A program made the position numbers and the translations under genes. Under the pieces are notes generated by a model. That model saw nothing but the letters and a program-made list of their open reading frames with translations, had not been told where the DNA came from and searched no databases. A stretch of 64,000 bases of DNA from Spirochaetia bacterium. GTDB lineage: Bacteria; Spirochaetota; Spirochaetia; DSM-2461. Numbering within the stretch: position 1 is the first letter of the stretch; each line of letters starts with the position of its first letter. Below are positions 1 through 9,049 of this stretch, in pieces. The DNA lies in NCBI GenBank assembly GCA_963668315.1, contig OY764216.1, positions 4,640,001 through 4,704,000 on the forward strand. Reading direction: 5' to 3'.

Positions 1-966
1 TATTGCTAAGGAAGTAGAGAGACGACGGCTACCAGATAAAGAGATTCTACGTGATTTACGATTCTCCTTAATCCAACTGATTGTATCTACTAATTCACCA
101 ATTATATGTGCGTTCCAATGCTCAGGGGTAGGATATTCTCTTTTTTCGCCTCCGAAAAATGAATTCCATTGAAAACACAAGTCAGTACTATTGCAGATCT
201 CTGTATTCGTAGAAGTATGCAGTGATATTGATTGTTCTGGTGGGCATTTTTTCTTCAGTACATCATTAATTGAAGCCTCTAAATCTATACGAAATACAGG
301 TTCATTAAGCTTTTTGATTCGTGATTCAAATTCTGAGAATAATAAACCGATCTCTCTACTTGTTAGATCTTCAAATCTTGGTAGGTTCTCGTCAAGCCCT
401 TGGCGGAAGAGCGCTTCTGCATCATTGCGAGCCAAGCTGAAATTTGGAAGTATTCTAACATGATCAAAAAGAAAACGAGCATCTTGCACTGAGTGTCCGG
501 TATTTGCTACACGTTGTTCAAACTCTTTGTAAGTATTATTAATTACCGATGACTGGGAACCATAAAAATCATATGGTTCTCTCACTCTTCGGAGTGCATG
601 TTCTATAGATTCTATCTCCGGTGAAATCCCAACAGAAGCTAATGTGAATGATCTATAAGTACTTGGACATCCTGCATGAATTTCTTTGAATCGATTAATC
701 TCGTCCCAGAACTCAGCAGGAGTTACTCGATGATCTTTTGCCTCCCAAAGATCAATAATCATTCCTTGACCCGGAATGAAAAACTTGATTTCAATATCAC
801 CGATTAGTTCACTGGCAATTGCAGTAAAACCTTCTTGTGCAAGCCATTTGGGAAGTTGGGATAAAAGTACTCCATCCTGAAAAGTAAAACCCTTCTGAGC
901 TATTTCACCTCCCGTAGATTGAGGTTCAAGCAGTGATGGAGTTGGTTTAGAATTTTTCTTTGTCAT
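1..966 (-). CDS. cap4: CBASS effector Cap4-type endonuclease-SAVED protein (3' end truncated by window edge)
   Basis: Not in ORF track. Manual translation from ATG 966: MTKKNSKPTPSLLEPQSTGGEIAQKGFTFQD...ELIGDIEIKFF...WEAKDH...EFWDEINRF, open to base 1. PD-(D/E)xK-type D...EAK motif; resembles Acinetobacter Cap4 N-terminus from memory; overlaps cap3 stop. Confidence 0.88.
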   Translation of the reverse strand, partial: MTKKNSKPTPSLLEPQSTGGEIAQKGFTFQDGVLLSQLPKWLAQEGFTAIASELIGDIEIKFFIPGQGMIIDLWEAKDHRVTPAEFWDEINRFKEIHAGCPSTYRSFTLASVGISPEIESIEHALRRVREPYDFYGSQSSVINNTYKEFEQRVANTGHSVQDARFLFDHVRILPNFSLARNDAEALFRQGLDENLPRFEDLTSREIGLLFSEFESRIKKLNEPVFRIDLEASINDVLKKKCPPEQSISLHTSTNTEICNSTDLCFQWNSFFGGEKREYPTPEHWNAHIIGELVDTISWIKENRKSRRISLSGSRRLSTSLAI

Positions 967-1435
967 ATATGTCGTTCTCCAATACAGTTTCTATCGGTTC
1001 ATATGATCCCTCTGGGAAAAAAATATATGAAGCTGCATCAAAGTTGATTCCAGATTGTTTTACAAGTAGCAGCATTACGAAATTCGCTCCAACAGATTTA
1101 TCTCCAACGATTCTAAACATTGTATTAACATCTGTGATGCTTGGATTTAAACTGAAAGCAGGGTGGGAATGCCATTCTCCTAAGTAATTGTACCGTTTAT
1201 ATTCAAAATTTGTTCTACGGAAAAAACTCTGGAGAGTAGATGCCAAACCTTTTAAAACACGTATAAACGATGTAAATGTACCTGTTTGGTGTTGGATAGT
1301 TATCTCCACCACACGGAATGTATTTTCAGCGACATGTTCTCCCATCAAAATACCGCCTATTTCTTTATCCCCAGCTATTTTGAGAGAATCATGCAGTCGA
1401 TTTATAATCTTACTCGGCAGAAGAATTTTGATCAT
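947..1435 (-). CDS. cap3: CBASS Cap3 JAB/MPN deconjugase
   Basis: EIGGILMG...GEWHSHP...PSITD JAMM motif; directly after cap2; start taken at MIKILL. Confidence 0.92.
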   Translation of the reverse strand: MIKILLPSKIINRLHDSLKIAGDKEIGGILMGEHVAENTFRVVEITIQHQTGTFTSFIRVLKGLASTLQSFFRRTNFEYKRYNYLGEWHSHPAFSLNPSITDVNTMFRIVGDKSVGANFVMLLLVKQSGINFDAASYIFFPEGSYEPIETVLENDIYDKEKF

Positions 1436-3197
1436 TCTTTTTCTCCAATAGTTTACCAATAAACTCAACAGTATCTTTTTTTATTTGTTCTGTTGGCTGT
1501 TTAGATCCTATGTGTGTCTCCTTTAGGTGTTTAGTATCAATAGGAATATTATGAAATGGTTGAGAAAATACCCAGGATCTTTTTAATCCGATTAAGTATA
1601 GCGAGTATGGGTAGGTTGACGGTTCTCGATCCAAGACTGTGTCTATAGCCAAATTAGTTGCATTGGATGCTATTACATTAACATCTGCATCCGAGGCTAT
1701 TATTACATGTCCTTCAGTATTTTCTAAAGCGTAAGATGTTGTTGCGACTCCCTCCTCAAAAGGATGTTCCTCTGTATATCGCAAGTAAGCTGCTCGTATA
1801 ACTTGAGGATCAGGGTCCTTCTTCGGGCGACTTCTTGCTATCAATCCACCAATTCCTCCAGCAAATACTTCTGCCCATATAAGAGGTACCTTATTTTGCC
1901 GGAAAACTCCTGACATTATATTGAAAACCTGAGATGAGGCAGTCATATCCAATATCATGTCGCATTGAGATAACTTATCGAGTACTCCATTTAATACAGC
2001 AGGATTCTCTTGACCTGTAACATTTACCTTGGAGATCTCTATTTTCGCATCATACACGATACTGTCGATGGCTTTGGCAACAGCAGCAGCTTTATGCTCT
2101 CCAACGCTGTTCCAATCAAGTTCATGGCGGCATAAGTTTTCAGGCATTAGAATGTCATCATCAACTAAAAAAAAATCTTTCACACCCATACGGGCAACAG
2201 ACACAGCGACTTTTGATCCAAGAGAACCAAGACCAATTATTCCAATTCGTTTCTCGGCTAAGGTTTGCAATTCAACTTGTGTACGGGGTAGGTTTGAATT
2301 ATTATCAGGTATTATGTTGCCGGTATGCCAAAGTTCATCTTCTTTATAGGACGTGAAAACATGGAGAACATGATCTTGATCAGTAATAATAATTACTCCA
2401 GGAGGTTTTTCGAGTCCATATTTCGGTATGGATTCTGACCAAGAAAGAGATATATCCTTATAGCCAGCTGCTTTAAGAGCCTCTTCCATCTCACTCAACG
2501 TCGAAAGCTTAGTTATGGAAGAATGTTTAAGTTCTGTGGTGAAAATAAGACCCTGACTGAACCATACATTTCTCTTATTACGGAGTGTGTTGGGAATCTC
2601 TGCATCTTTCCATTCATCAAAAGAAAGTGGTGAAACCTCATGAATAAGGAGTGTATAGGCATCTCTTTGATACTGATTTGAGTATCGAATCGTTCCTGAT
2701 GTTAGATTTGGAAGTGATCCAACATACTGTTGTAGTTTATTGCCTATATAAATTCGTTCAATAGTCTTTCGGAGTTTCTGACCCATGGTAAGATAATGTC
2801 GTGATGGAGCAATCACAGAAGTCTCTGATCCGAGAGGATTCTCTATTTCAAGAAGTCTGAATACGCTTTCCAGAACTTGTGCTCCAGTGACCGTAGAAAT
2901 CCATGTATCAGGGCCCCATTCGAGACAAAGTGAACCATCTCTGTATTGATGTGATGACCATGATTCTGAAGGATTTGCCGGTCGAACTATGGGGGGCGCA
3001 AAAGGAAAATGATTCGGATAAGTCATCAGAATATTGTACGTGATGCCATGGGCTTTTACAGCTGCATTAATAGCGAGTCCGTCACTTGATAATGTCCACT
3101 CAGTGCCGATGAGCCAACTATTGTTATGATGAAGCTGAGTAATGGCCGTTCGTTCCTCGTTCAATCGATCCGGATTAGATAAAAACCAGAAATCCAT
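1410..3197 (-). CDS. cap2: CBASS Cap2 E2-E1(ThiF) fusion
   Basis: N-terminal E2-like YPNHFPFAPP...HQYRDGSLCL; C-terminal ThiF GLGSLGS...DDD...NLCRH; start overlaps CD-NTase stop. Confidence 0.92.
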   Translation of the reverse strand: MDFWFLSNPDRLNEERTAITQLHHNNSWLIGTEWTLSSDGLAINAAVKAHGITYNILMTYPNHFPFAPPIVRPANPSESWSSHQYRDGSLCLEWGPDTWISTVTGAQVLESVFRLLEIENPLGSETSVIAPSRHYLTMGQKLRKTIERIYIGNKLQQYVGSLPNLTSGTIRYSNQYQRDAYTLLIHEVSPLSFDEWKDAEIPNTLRNKRNVWFSQGLIFTTELKHSSITKLSTLSEMEEALKAAGYKDISLSWSESIPKYGLEKPPGVIIITDQDHVLHVFTSYKEDELWHTGNIIPDNNSNLPRTQVELQTLAEKRIGIIGLGSLGSKVAVSVARMGVKDFFLVDDDILMPENLCRHELDWNSVGEHKAAAVAKAIDSIVYDAKIEISKVNVTGQENPAVLNGVLDKLSQCDMILDMTASSQVFNIMSGVFRQNKVPLIWAEVFAGGIGGLIARSRPKKDPDPQVIRAAYLRYTEEHPFEEGVATTSYALENTEGHVIIASDADVNVIASNATNLAIDTVLDREPSTYPYSLYLIGLKRSWVFSQPFHNIPIDTKHLKETHIGSKQPTEQIKKDTVEFIGKLLEKKNDQNSSAE

Positions 3198-4201
3198 TAT
3201 GCAAATTTCCCCGGTCGTTTTGGTGTAATTGGTTTATTAGGAAAAGACAGGCCGTCAGAGATGACCGCTGCAGATAGAAGACCCTCATCTCTTGAATCAG
3301 ATTTTCCAGATGTTGGAAATCGATCTCCAAATAGAATTCGCCATTTACCAAGAGCAGTCTGATCATCCTGCTCTTCACAAGCTTCTCGGCCAAGTTCTCC
3401 ATGATTTTTTGCCTTATTATAGAATCCCTTGAAGGCATCAAATGACATCCCGTTTGTAATTGAATTTCCTGGTACTGCCGGATCTTCAATAAATGGAACG
3501 ATTCCACTATCAATTGCCCATGAATATTTCTCAACAAATCTTTCGAGTGTTCCCAGGAAAAGTTCTACATATTGAGTTTCATTAAGATCGGCACACTCTG
3601 ATGCAATAACTTCAATAACAAATCCCTTAGGCTTTTTATTTACTGTAGGATTCTCTCTACGCCACCACTTTAGAAGTTTAACCAGAGGTTTGAATACCCC
3701 ATTACTGGATTTATTAACATCCGTAGTCCATAGAGTATGGCCAGGAGGATTTGTAACAAGCCACTCTCCAAGTTTTCGATCAGGAATGTATAATGTACCT
3801 TCTATTCCATTGGGGGCAATTATCGGAACTACATCCATGTCAGTTTTCGATGTTTCTATACCGACAGACCGTGCTTGCCGGCGTATATTGGAATACTCTT
3901 TAGCTAAGGTTTTATAAAGCAATTCAATAACATCACCTGGTTTGTCTGAAAGTGTATGATTTGTAACAACTATTATATCAACGTCGGGGCGATCGGTATC
4001 TCCATTTTTCATATGTGGTCTTATGGCTGTATCACGTTTATAAGAACCTGAAAGAAATGTTGCGGTATGATACTCTTTAAAATCTTCATCAGCTTGAAGA
4101 AAATTCCTTAGTTTAGTGTGAGCTGAGCTTGCATTTGCCTTTGTTGTTGAACTAGGTTCTATATCTCTTAGAAAGTCCTTGAACTGTGATTGAATTGACA
4201 T
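3197..4201 (-). CDS. cdnD: CD-NTase (cGAS/DncV-like, CdnD-like clade) cyclic oligonucleotide synthase
   Basis: [14 protein letters not shown]...RPDVDI, DMDVVP, LKWWR, KPKGF; C-terminal tail ...PKRPGKFA typical of Cap2-conjugated CD-NTases. Confidence 0.9.
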   Translation of the reverse strand: MSIQSQFKDFLRDIEPSSTTKANASSAHTKLRNFLQADEDFKEYHTATFLSGSYKRDTAIRPHMKNGDTDRPDVDIIVVTNHTLSDKPGDVIELLYKTLAKEYSNIRRQARSVGIETSKTDMDVVPIIAPNGIEGTLYIPDRKLGEWLVTNPPGHTLWTTDVNKSSNGVFKPLVKLLKWWRRENPTVNKKPKGFVIEVIASECADLNETQYVELFLGTLERFVEKYSWAIDSGIVPFIEDPAVPGNSITNGMSFDAFKGFYNKAKNHGELGREACEEQDDQTALGKWRILFGDRFPTSGKSDSRDEGLLSAAVISDGLSFPNKPITPKRPGKFA

Positions 4202-4248
4202 TTAATAGCCCCCTTCGATACAATTTTACACTTTTTTAGATTTTATCC

Positions 4249-4355
4249 GTATAACGCCGTTTTGAGCTGCTGGCTTTGTCCCGAAGGGTTGGCGTAGTTT
4301 TTGAGAACTCAAAAACTATGACAAAAAAACAGACTGCTCCAAAACCTTGTTATGT
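4249..4355 (-). other. Integron attC recombination site (107 bp)
   Basis: Minus strand: R'' ACATAAC (holds TAA stop of upstream ORF), AAGGT, L'' TTTGGAGC ... L' GCTCAAA, ACGGC, R' GTTATAC; one extrahelical base in L''; internal hairpin TAGTTTTTGAG/CTCAAAAACTA. Confidence 0.85.
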
Positions 4356-4595
4356 GTCTCTTTCCTTCTTTAATATTTCTAATTCTATTAATCGCATTTT
4401 ATATGCTAAATATGAGATACTAATCATTGATATATTTGTCGTAAAAATTATAGAAACATATAGAATTAACTGATTTACAGTTAGGTTTTGAGTGATATTA
4501 TTACCAAAGATTATTGTTAGGGCTAATATTGTAAGAATAGCGATTATGAAGATTATCTCATAAACCCAGAATATTTTCACTATTTTTTCTTTCAC
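4350..4595 (-). CDS. Small two-TM membrane protein (cassette gene 3)
   Basis: GTG start with GAGGAGG SD; two hydrophobic segments; stop lies inside attC R''. Confidence 0.7.
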   Translation of the reverse strand: MKEKIVKIFWVYEIIFIIAILTILALTIIFGNNITQNLTVNQLILYVSIIFTTNISMISISYLAYKMRLIELEILKKERDT

Positions 4596-5154
4596 GCTTT
4601 AACCCTCCTCTAACTGTTTCTTGTTTAACTTTTTCCCACTCTGCCTTTAGTATTTTTTTGATATTCTTCCTTAATCTTTCAATATATTTATCATCAATTT
4701 CTAGATAATATTTTCCTTGGTAAATTCTTTTTAACTTTTCTAAATCTTTGATCAAATTAATGTCATCATCATCATTCAATCTTAAAATGGATAATTCGAT
4801 TTTTGTCACTATTTCATAATTTTTTGATTCTCTTAGCTTTTTTTCATGAGATATATCACGAACAAAGTCGTTATATTCATAAAGATCTTCAGAGCTAGGA
4901 TCATCACCAGGATAACCGACCTCTTTGTCATCAATTTCAACTTTTTGACAAAATCTCAAAGTACTTGTATGTGATAATATTTGAGAGAAATCATTTCTGA
5001 GTGTATCAATCCATAAAATTCTTTGATTTGTAACTGTTTCGATGTATTTTTGTGTCTTTATATTTTTTCTAGTATATACGACTGTCAATAAAGAAATTAC
5101 TACTGCTAAAAATGCAACTATAGTTGATACGTTATCAAGTATGAAATTTTTCAA
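4558..5154 (-). CDS. N-terminally membrane-anchored hypothetical protein (cassette gene 2)
   Basis: TTG start after GGAGG; TM segment STIVAFLAVVISLLTVVY followed by helical, charged body. Confidence 0.75.
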   Translation of the reverse strand: MKNFILDNVSTIVAFLAVVISLLTVVYTRKNIKTQKYIETVTNQRILWIDTLRNDFSQILSHTSTLRFCQKVEIDDKEVGYPGDDPSSEDLYEYNDFVRDISHEKKLRESKNYEIVTKIELSILRLNDDDDINLIKDLEKLKRIYQGKYYLEIDDKYIERLRKNIKKILKAEWEKVKQETVRGGLKRERKNSENILGL

Positions 5155-5167
5155 AGAAACCTCCAAT

Positions 5168-6823
5168 TTAAAGTTTTTTTCCAGTTATTTTTAAAAATTC
5201 ATCTTCCGAAATATACTTATTGGGATGAACATCAGATGAAAGGTTAAATACTAGTTTTCTTAGCTTTTCGTACTTTGGATTTGTATCAAAATCATCACGT
5301 AAAATATGCTGATAAACATTGTAAGGTTTGTCTTTCTCAATACTTTCTCCTAAGTAATAATCCTCAAAATCAGTAATATGTACTATTGGATATACAAGAC
5401 CAGATGATTTTTGACATTCTTCAAGAATTCTCTTATTTATCGTCCACATAGGATTTCTCTTCCCTGCTTTTGTTGTCTCTGTATCAGAATCATGAAGAGC
5501 TATTGCTTTTGATTTGAATTTATTTATGATCTTAATGTAGGTAGGAATATTTGCTTTCCCTCTGCAATTTAATATATGAAAACCATCAGTATCATATTTA
5601 TTACAAAGAATTTTTAGAGCCGTTTCTTCTGTTTCTCCTTCTATCAGTACTATGTTTTCATAAAAGAAAAACTCATTTGTTAACGGATTACAAAGATTAA
5701 TCATTTTCAAATTATTCTTTTCATCTGTTGAAAATTCTGATTCTTCGGTTTGAAAGTATCTAATACTTTCTTGATTATTAGAAACCTTAATTATCGTTGT
5801 ATGATCTTTACTGAGGTCAATAAACACAGGGCTATGTGTTGTACATATAATTTGCCATCCAGCAACTTCAGATAAAGCATAGAGCGCTTCTCTCGCAGAC
5901 CTTACAACAGATGGATGTAGATTTACTTCAGGTTCATCTAATAATAAAACTTTAGGATCGCTGTTAGTAACATTCATTCTTCCTTTTTTAAGGATACCCT
6001 TACTTGCATAAGCTTTTATGGCTGACCATAGGAATGCTCTTTGAATACCTGATCCTTGATTACACAAAGGAGCTTTCATATTATTTGTAGTAAATATAAA
6101 TTGACTACCTTCCTTTATTGACTTTTCAGGTTCAAATTTTCCAACATTTGTGTCAAATATTACGCCTGTATCTGGGAAAGAAGATTGCATCGATTCTATT
6201 AATGAATCATTTATTTCATTAAGATCTGATGATATCTCTTTTTCAATTTCTTTACCCAATACTCTTATCTGATCGACAATTTTGGTTATTTTAGTTTTAT
6301 CCTTAGCAATGCTTTTAGATACTTCTTTCGCAATTAAATCTTTAACAATTGTTTCTAATTTATCTGTTGTATCAAATGGACTAATTCTTATTGGAACTGG
6401 CAGTTTACTCTTTAAAATTGAATCCCAACCTCCAGCTCCTCCTGGTTTCCATGTGTTGGTTTTATTGCTGAAACTAAATTTCTTTCCTTTTTCATCAGGA
6501 GCATTCCACTCAAATTGGAATTTCGAGCAATTACCATATTCTTGATCATCAGCGATAAACCATTCCTGACCTATTGATTTAATATCGTCTTCTGTAATGT
6601 CATCAAAAATGCCGGTTATTCTTACAGGTTTTGAAATATCTTGATCATTGAAATCAGTTAGTTTTAATGCACTACCTAATGAGAAATAAGCTTCATATGC
6701 ATCCAATACAGTCGATTTACAACAATTATTTGGTCCAATTAGCACAACAATTTCATTAATTAATATCTTTATTGGATTTTTAATTCCTTTGAAATTCTCA
6801 ATTTCTAAAGCTTTTAATTTCAT
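5168..6823 (-). CDS. OLD-family ATP-dependent nuclease (ABC ATPase + TOPRIM)
   Basis: IENFKGI, Walker A variant GPNNCCKS, signature QGSG, Walker B LLLDEPE, TTHSP, TOPRIM LIEGETE and HDSD; AGGAG SD before ATG 6823. Confidence 0.9.
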   Translation of the reverse strand: MKLKALEIENFKGIKNPIKILINEIVVLIGPNNCCKSTVLDAYEAYFSLGSALKLTDFNDQDISKPVRITGIFDDITEDDIKSIGQEWFIADDQEYGNCSKFQFEWNAPDEKGKKFSFSNKTNTWKPGGAGGWDSILKSKLPVPIRISPFDTTDKLETIVKDLIAKEVSKSIAKDKTKITKIVDQIRVLGKEIEKEISSDLNEINDSLIESMQSSFPDTGVIFDTNVGKFEPEKSIKEGSQFIFTTNNMKAPLCNQGSGIQRAFLWSAIKAYASKGILKKGRMNVTNSDPKVLLLDEPEVNLHPSVVRSAREALYALSEVAGWQIICTTHSPVFIDLSKDHTTIIKVSNNQESIRYFQTEESEFSTDEKNNLKMINLCNPLTNEFFFYENIVLIEGETEETALKILCNKYDTDGFHILNCRGKANIPTYIKIINKFKSKAIALHDSDTETTKAGKRNPMWTINKRILEECQKSSGLVYPIVHITDFEDYYLGESIEKDKPYNVYQHILRDDFDTNPKYEKLRKLVFNLSSDVHPNKYISEDEFLKITGKKL

Positions 6824-6848
6824 ATGAACTCCTGAACATTTATTATAC

Positions 6849-6868
6849 ACATAACAATACAGTTATAC
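6849..6868 (-). other. attI-like / dif-like simple recombination site at head of cassette array
   Basis: Minus strand GTATAAC-TGTATT-GTTATGT; GTTATGT is the exact complement of attC R'' ACATAAC. Confidence 0.6.
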
Positions 6869-7048
6869 TGTATCAATACAATACTCAGCCCATATTGTGT
6901 TCCTGAAAACTATAAATAGCCTTTAAATACCATCAAAGCCATGTTTAAAGATGAAAGATAAAGAGCAAAAAGTACTTATTTCGCCCCTTTTATATCTTCA
7001 CATATTATTCACAATACACCCAAATCATTCATCCATCAACATTTTTAC

Positions 7049-7077
7049 AATATAATAAGACAATTAAAAGTAAGCAA
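7049..7077 (-). promoter_or_regulatory. Candidate sigma70 promoter for the cassette array (Pc-like)
   Basis: TTGCTT-N17-TATATT pointing toward the OLD gene; AT-rich background lowers specificity. Confidence 0.45.
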
Positions 7078-7081
7078 AAAT

Positions 7082-7108
7082 AAAAAAAGCCCGGTTTTAT
7101 ACCGAGCT
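7082..7108 (-). terminator. Rho-independent terminator after integrase operon
   Basis: AGCTCGGT...ACCGGGCT stem followed by a T run on minus strand. Confidence 0.65.
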
Positions 7109-7130
7109 AAAATATCAAGTGAGGCCCCTC

Positions 7131-7739
7131 CTATATTCCGGATAACCTTCGCCTTATCCGCCTCACCTCATTATCATCATCCTCAACCCAGACACATACT
7201 AAACGCTTCCCCTCCCCTATCTTTTCCCTGGCTTCAGTCAGAGAAAACCCCTTAATCTTATTCTCCCCAATGTACAAAGACGCACCTCGTACCGTCATGA
7301 TTCCGTCAACGGGTATAACAGGATATACGTTTAGCTCATCACGCTTGCGGATATTGTAATCTTTTAACTGTCTCACACTCATGGATTTAAGGCGCTTAAA
7401 ATACATGGGATCACGATCAGCAATAGTAGAATCGATCATCTGCACTTTACTAAGATTGTCCGAAAGTTTGATATTTTCACCCTTCAATTCCAATTGATAA
7501 CGTAAAAATAGCTCGCCCGCATGGGCAAGTCTCAGACTCTCCCGATACTTCAAATGAGTCCTCTCCATCCTAATGTAATCTTTCCATGACTTGGCTACTT
7601 GTAAGTACAACCCTTCCATCTTAATCGTCGCCAAGGCCACAGCCAGATTAGCCATGGCCTTCTTAACGCCATACTCTACGGATCTCATGAAACCCTCGAT
7701 ATCATAAAGGGTGGTACCCTCAGGAAAAAACTCATTCAT
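7131..7739 (-). CDS. Integrase-coupled hypothetical protein (weak DUF3102/partition-like helical motif)
   Basis: ATGA overlap with integrase stop; LATIKMEGLYLQVAKSWKDYI segment. Confidence 0.7.
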   Translation of the reverse strand: MNEFFPEGTTLYDIEGFMRSVEYGVKKAMANLAVALATIKMEGLYLQVAKSWKDYIRMERTHLKYRESLRLAHAGELFLRYQLELKGENIKLSDNLSKVQMIDSTIADRDPMYFKRLKSMSVRQLKDYNIRKRDELNVYPVIPVDGIMTVRGASLYIGENKIKGFSLTEAREKIGEGKRLVCVWVEDDDNEVRRIRRRLSGI

Positions 7740-8893
7740 ACCACACCCCTTTCCAGCTTCTGCCTGGCATCAGTGAAATTGATGACCTGTCCCGCATGAG
7801 AATACCTATCCATCATATTACTGCTCTTATGTCCCGCCAAAGCCATAATCGCCAGATCAGGCAAACCGGCCATTCGTGCCAAAGTTACAAAGCTATGACG
7901 AAGCCCATGGAAAGTAAGGTTGCGTTTCTTCCGCTGTTCCTCATCAATCCCCAGATTGCGTAAAAGACGAATGAATCCCTTCCTTATAATAGTGTTACTA
8001 AAAGGTTCATCAACAGACTCTTTAGAAAAATGGACAAAATCATTCTCACCCGTTCGGGGAGAAATCCTTTTCAAATTCAGAAGGATAGGAATAAGAGAAC
8101 TATGAAGTATAGTCTGTCGATTTGATCCAGCCTTACATCCCTTAAGTCCCTCCGAATCCACCCAATTATGACGAATATTCAGCAGTTGCCGATCAAAGTC
8201 TATATCCCCCCACTGCAACCCCCGTACTTCTCCTCTACGAAGCCCACAGAAAGCTGCAAGAAGTATAGCCGACTTAACCCTCAAATCATCCTCTTGAAGC
8301 CCCAGAAGGGCTTCAGTTTCGTCTACAGTAAGTACTCCCCTCTCCTTCTCCTGGTATCGAATCGGAGAGATTTTCAATAGTGGATTCTCAGGAATCTCAT
8401 CCCGACTATAAGCGAAGGAATAAGCAGTTTTCAAAGTCTGAATAAGTGTATTAATCCGTCTCTTCCCTACACCCTTCTCAACCAGCCAGAGCTTCCAGTC
8501 ATTCACCATACCGGCGGTCAGCTCACTGATTCTCAGCTTCTTAAAGGGAGGATAGGTTTCGATATAATATTTGATACCCGATTGATTCACCCTTAGGTAA
8601 TCAGCGGAAAGAGGACGTCCTTCCACCAGGCTGCGATACTTACAGTACCGACTCCCTTCCTGCCAGAAATCCTTTAGAAATGTGATTAGATAGCTGTAAT
8701 CCTCAAAGGACACTTCCTCGGCCATAACAAGAGCTTTATTGTAAGCTTCCTGCCAGCGGCCCTTCTTTCCTTTGACCTCTACCCCTGTGGAACGGGTAGC
8801 CTCATAACGATTGGTAGAAGGGTTCAGAAACCTCACATACCATACAGAACCTGCCTTCAAATTCCTTATAAACAAGGAAACCGGAGCCCGCAT
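7736..8893 (-). CDS. Tyrosine recombinase/integrase (phage/ICE type)
   Basis: GLRRGE, K, HGLRH, AGH, Y (MMDRY) catalytic set; arm-binding-like N-terminus; AGGAGG SD before ATG 8893; adjacent to tRNA 3' end. Confidence 0.93.
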   Translation of the reverse strand: MRAPVSLFIRNLKAGSVWYVRFLNPSTNRYEATRSTGVEVKGKKGRWQEAYNKALVMAEEVSFEDYSYLITFLKDFWQEGSRYCKYRSLVEGRPLSADYLRVNQSGIKYYIETYPPFKKLRISELTAGMVNDWKLWLVEKGVGKRRINTLIQTLKTAYSFAYSRDEIPENPLLKISPIRYQEKERGVLTVDETEALLGLQEDDLRVKSAILLAAFCGLRRGEVRGLQWGDIDFDRQLLNIRHNWVDSEGLKGCKAGSNRQTILHSSLIPILLNLKRISPRTGENDFVHFSKESVDEPFSNTIIRKGFIRLLRNLGIDEEQRKKRNLTFHGLRHSFVTLARMAGLPDLAIMALAGHKSSNMMDRYSHAGQVINFTDARQKLERGVV

Positions 8894-8914
8894 AAAACCT
8901 CCTTTCTTTCGAAA

Positions 8915-8937
8915 ACGTGTAACACGACGTGTAACAC
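8915..8937. repeat. Tandem 11-bp direct repeat ACGTGTAACAC (candidate integrase arm sites)
   Basis: Copies at 8915-8925 and 8927-8937 between tRNA and int start. Confidence 0.6.
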
Positions 8938-9049
8938 CTTGGGTTTTATTACGATCTCCGGTTTTCCGGTCGAAAGTAATAATCAAATTGACTACTACCA
9001 AGTTCTTACTATACATAAAATTATATACAAGTAATGAACTTTTGTAAGT

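Larger units (their letters stand above)
1..9049. mobile_element. tRNA-Ile2-integrated defence genomic island (left end outside window)
   Basis: Integrase next to tRNA 3' end; visibly AT-rich versus flank; defence cargo. Confidence 0.85.

Noticed and set aside
4276..4473. 65-aa plus-strand ORF
   Set aside because: Overlaps attC and is antisense to a cassette gene
5168..6823. Gabija or retron system
   Set aside because: No UvrD helicase (GajB) or reverse transcriptase nearby
7736..8893. Integrase as integron integrase IntI
   Set aside because: Arm-binding-like N-terminus, tRNA adjacency and no recognisable IntI-specific insertion; an HMM search is needed for certainty
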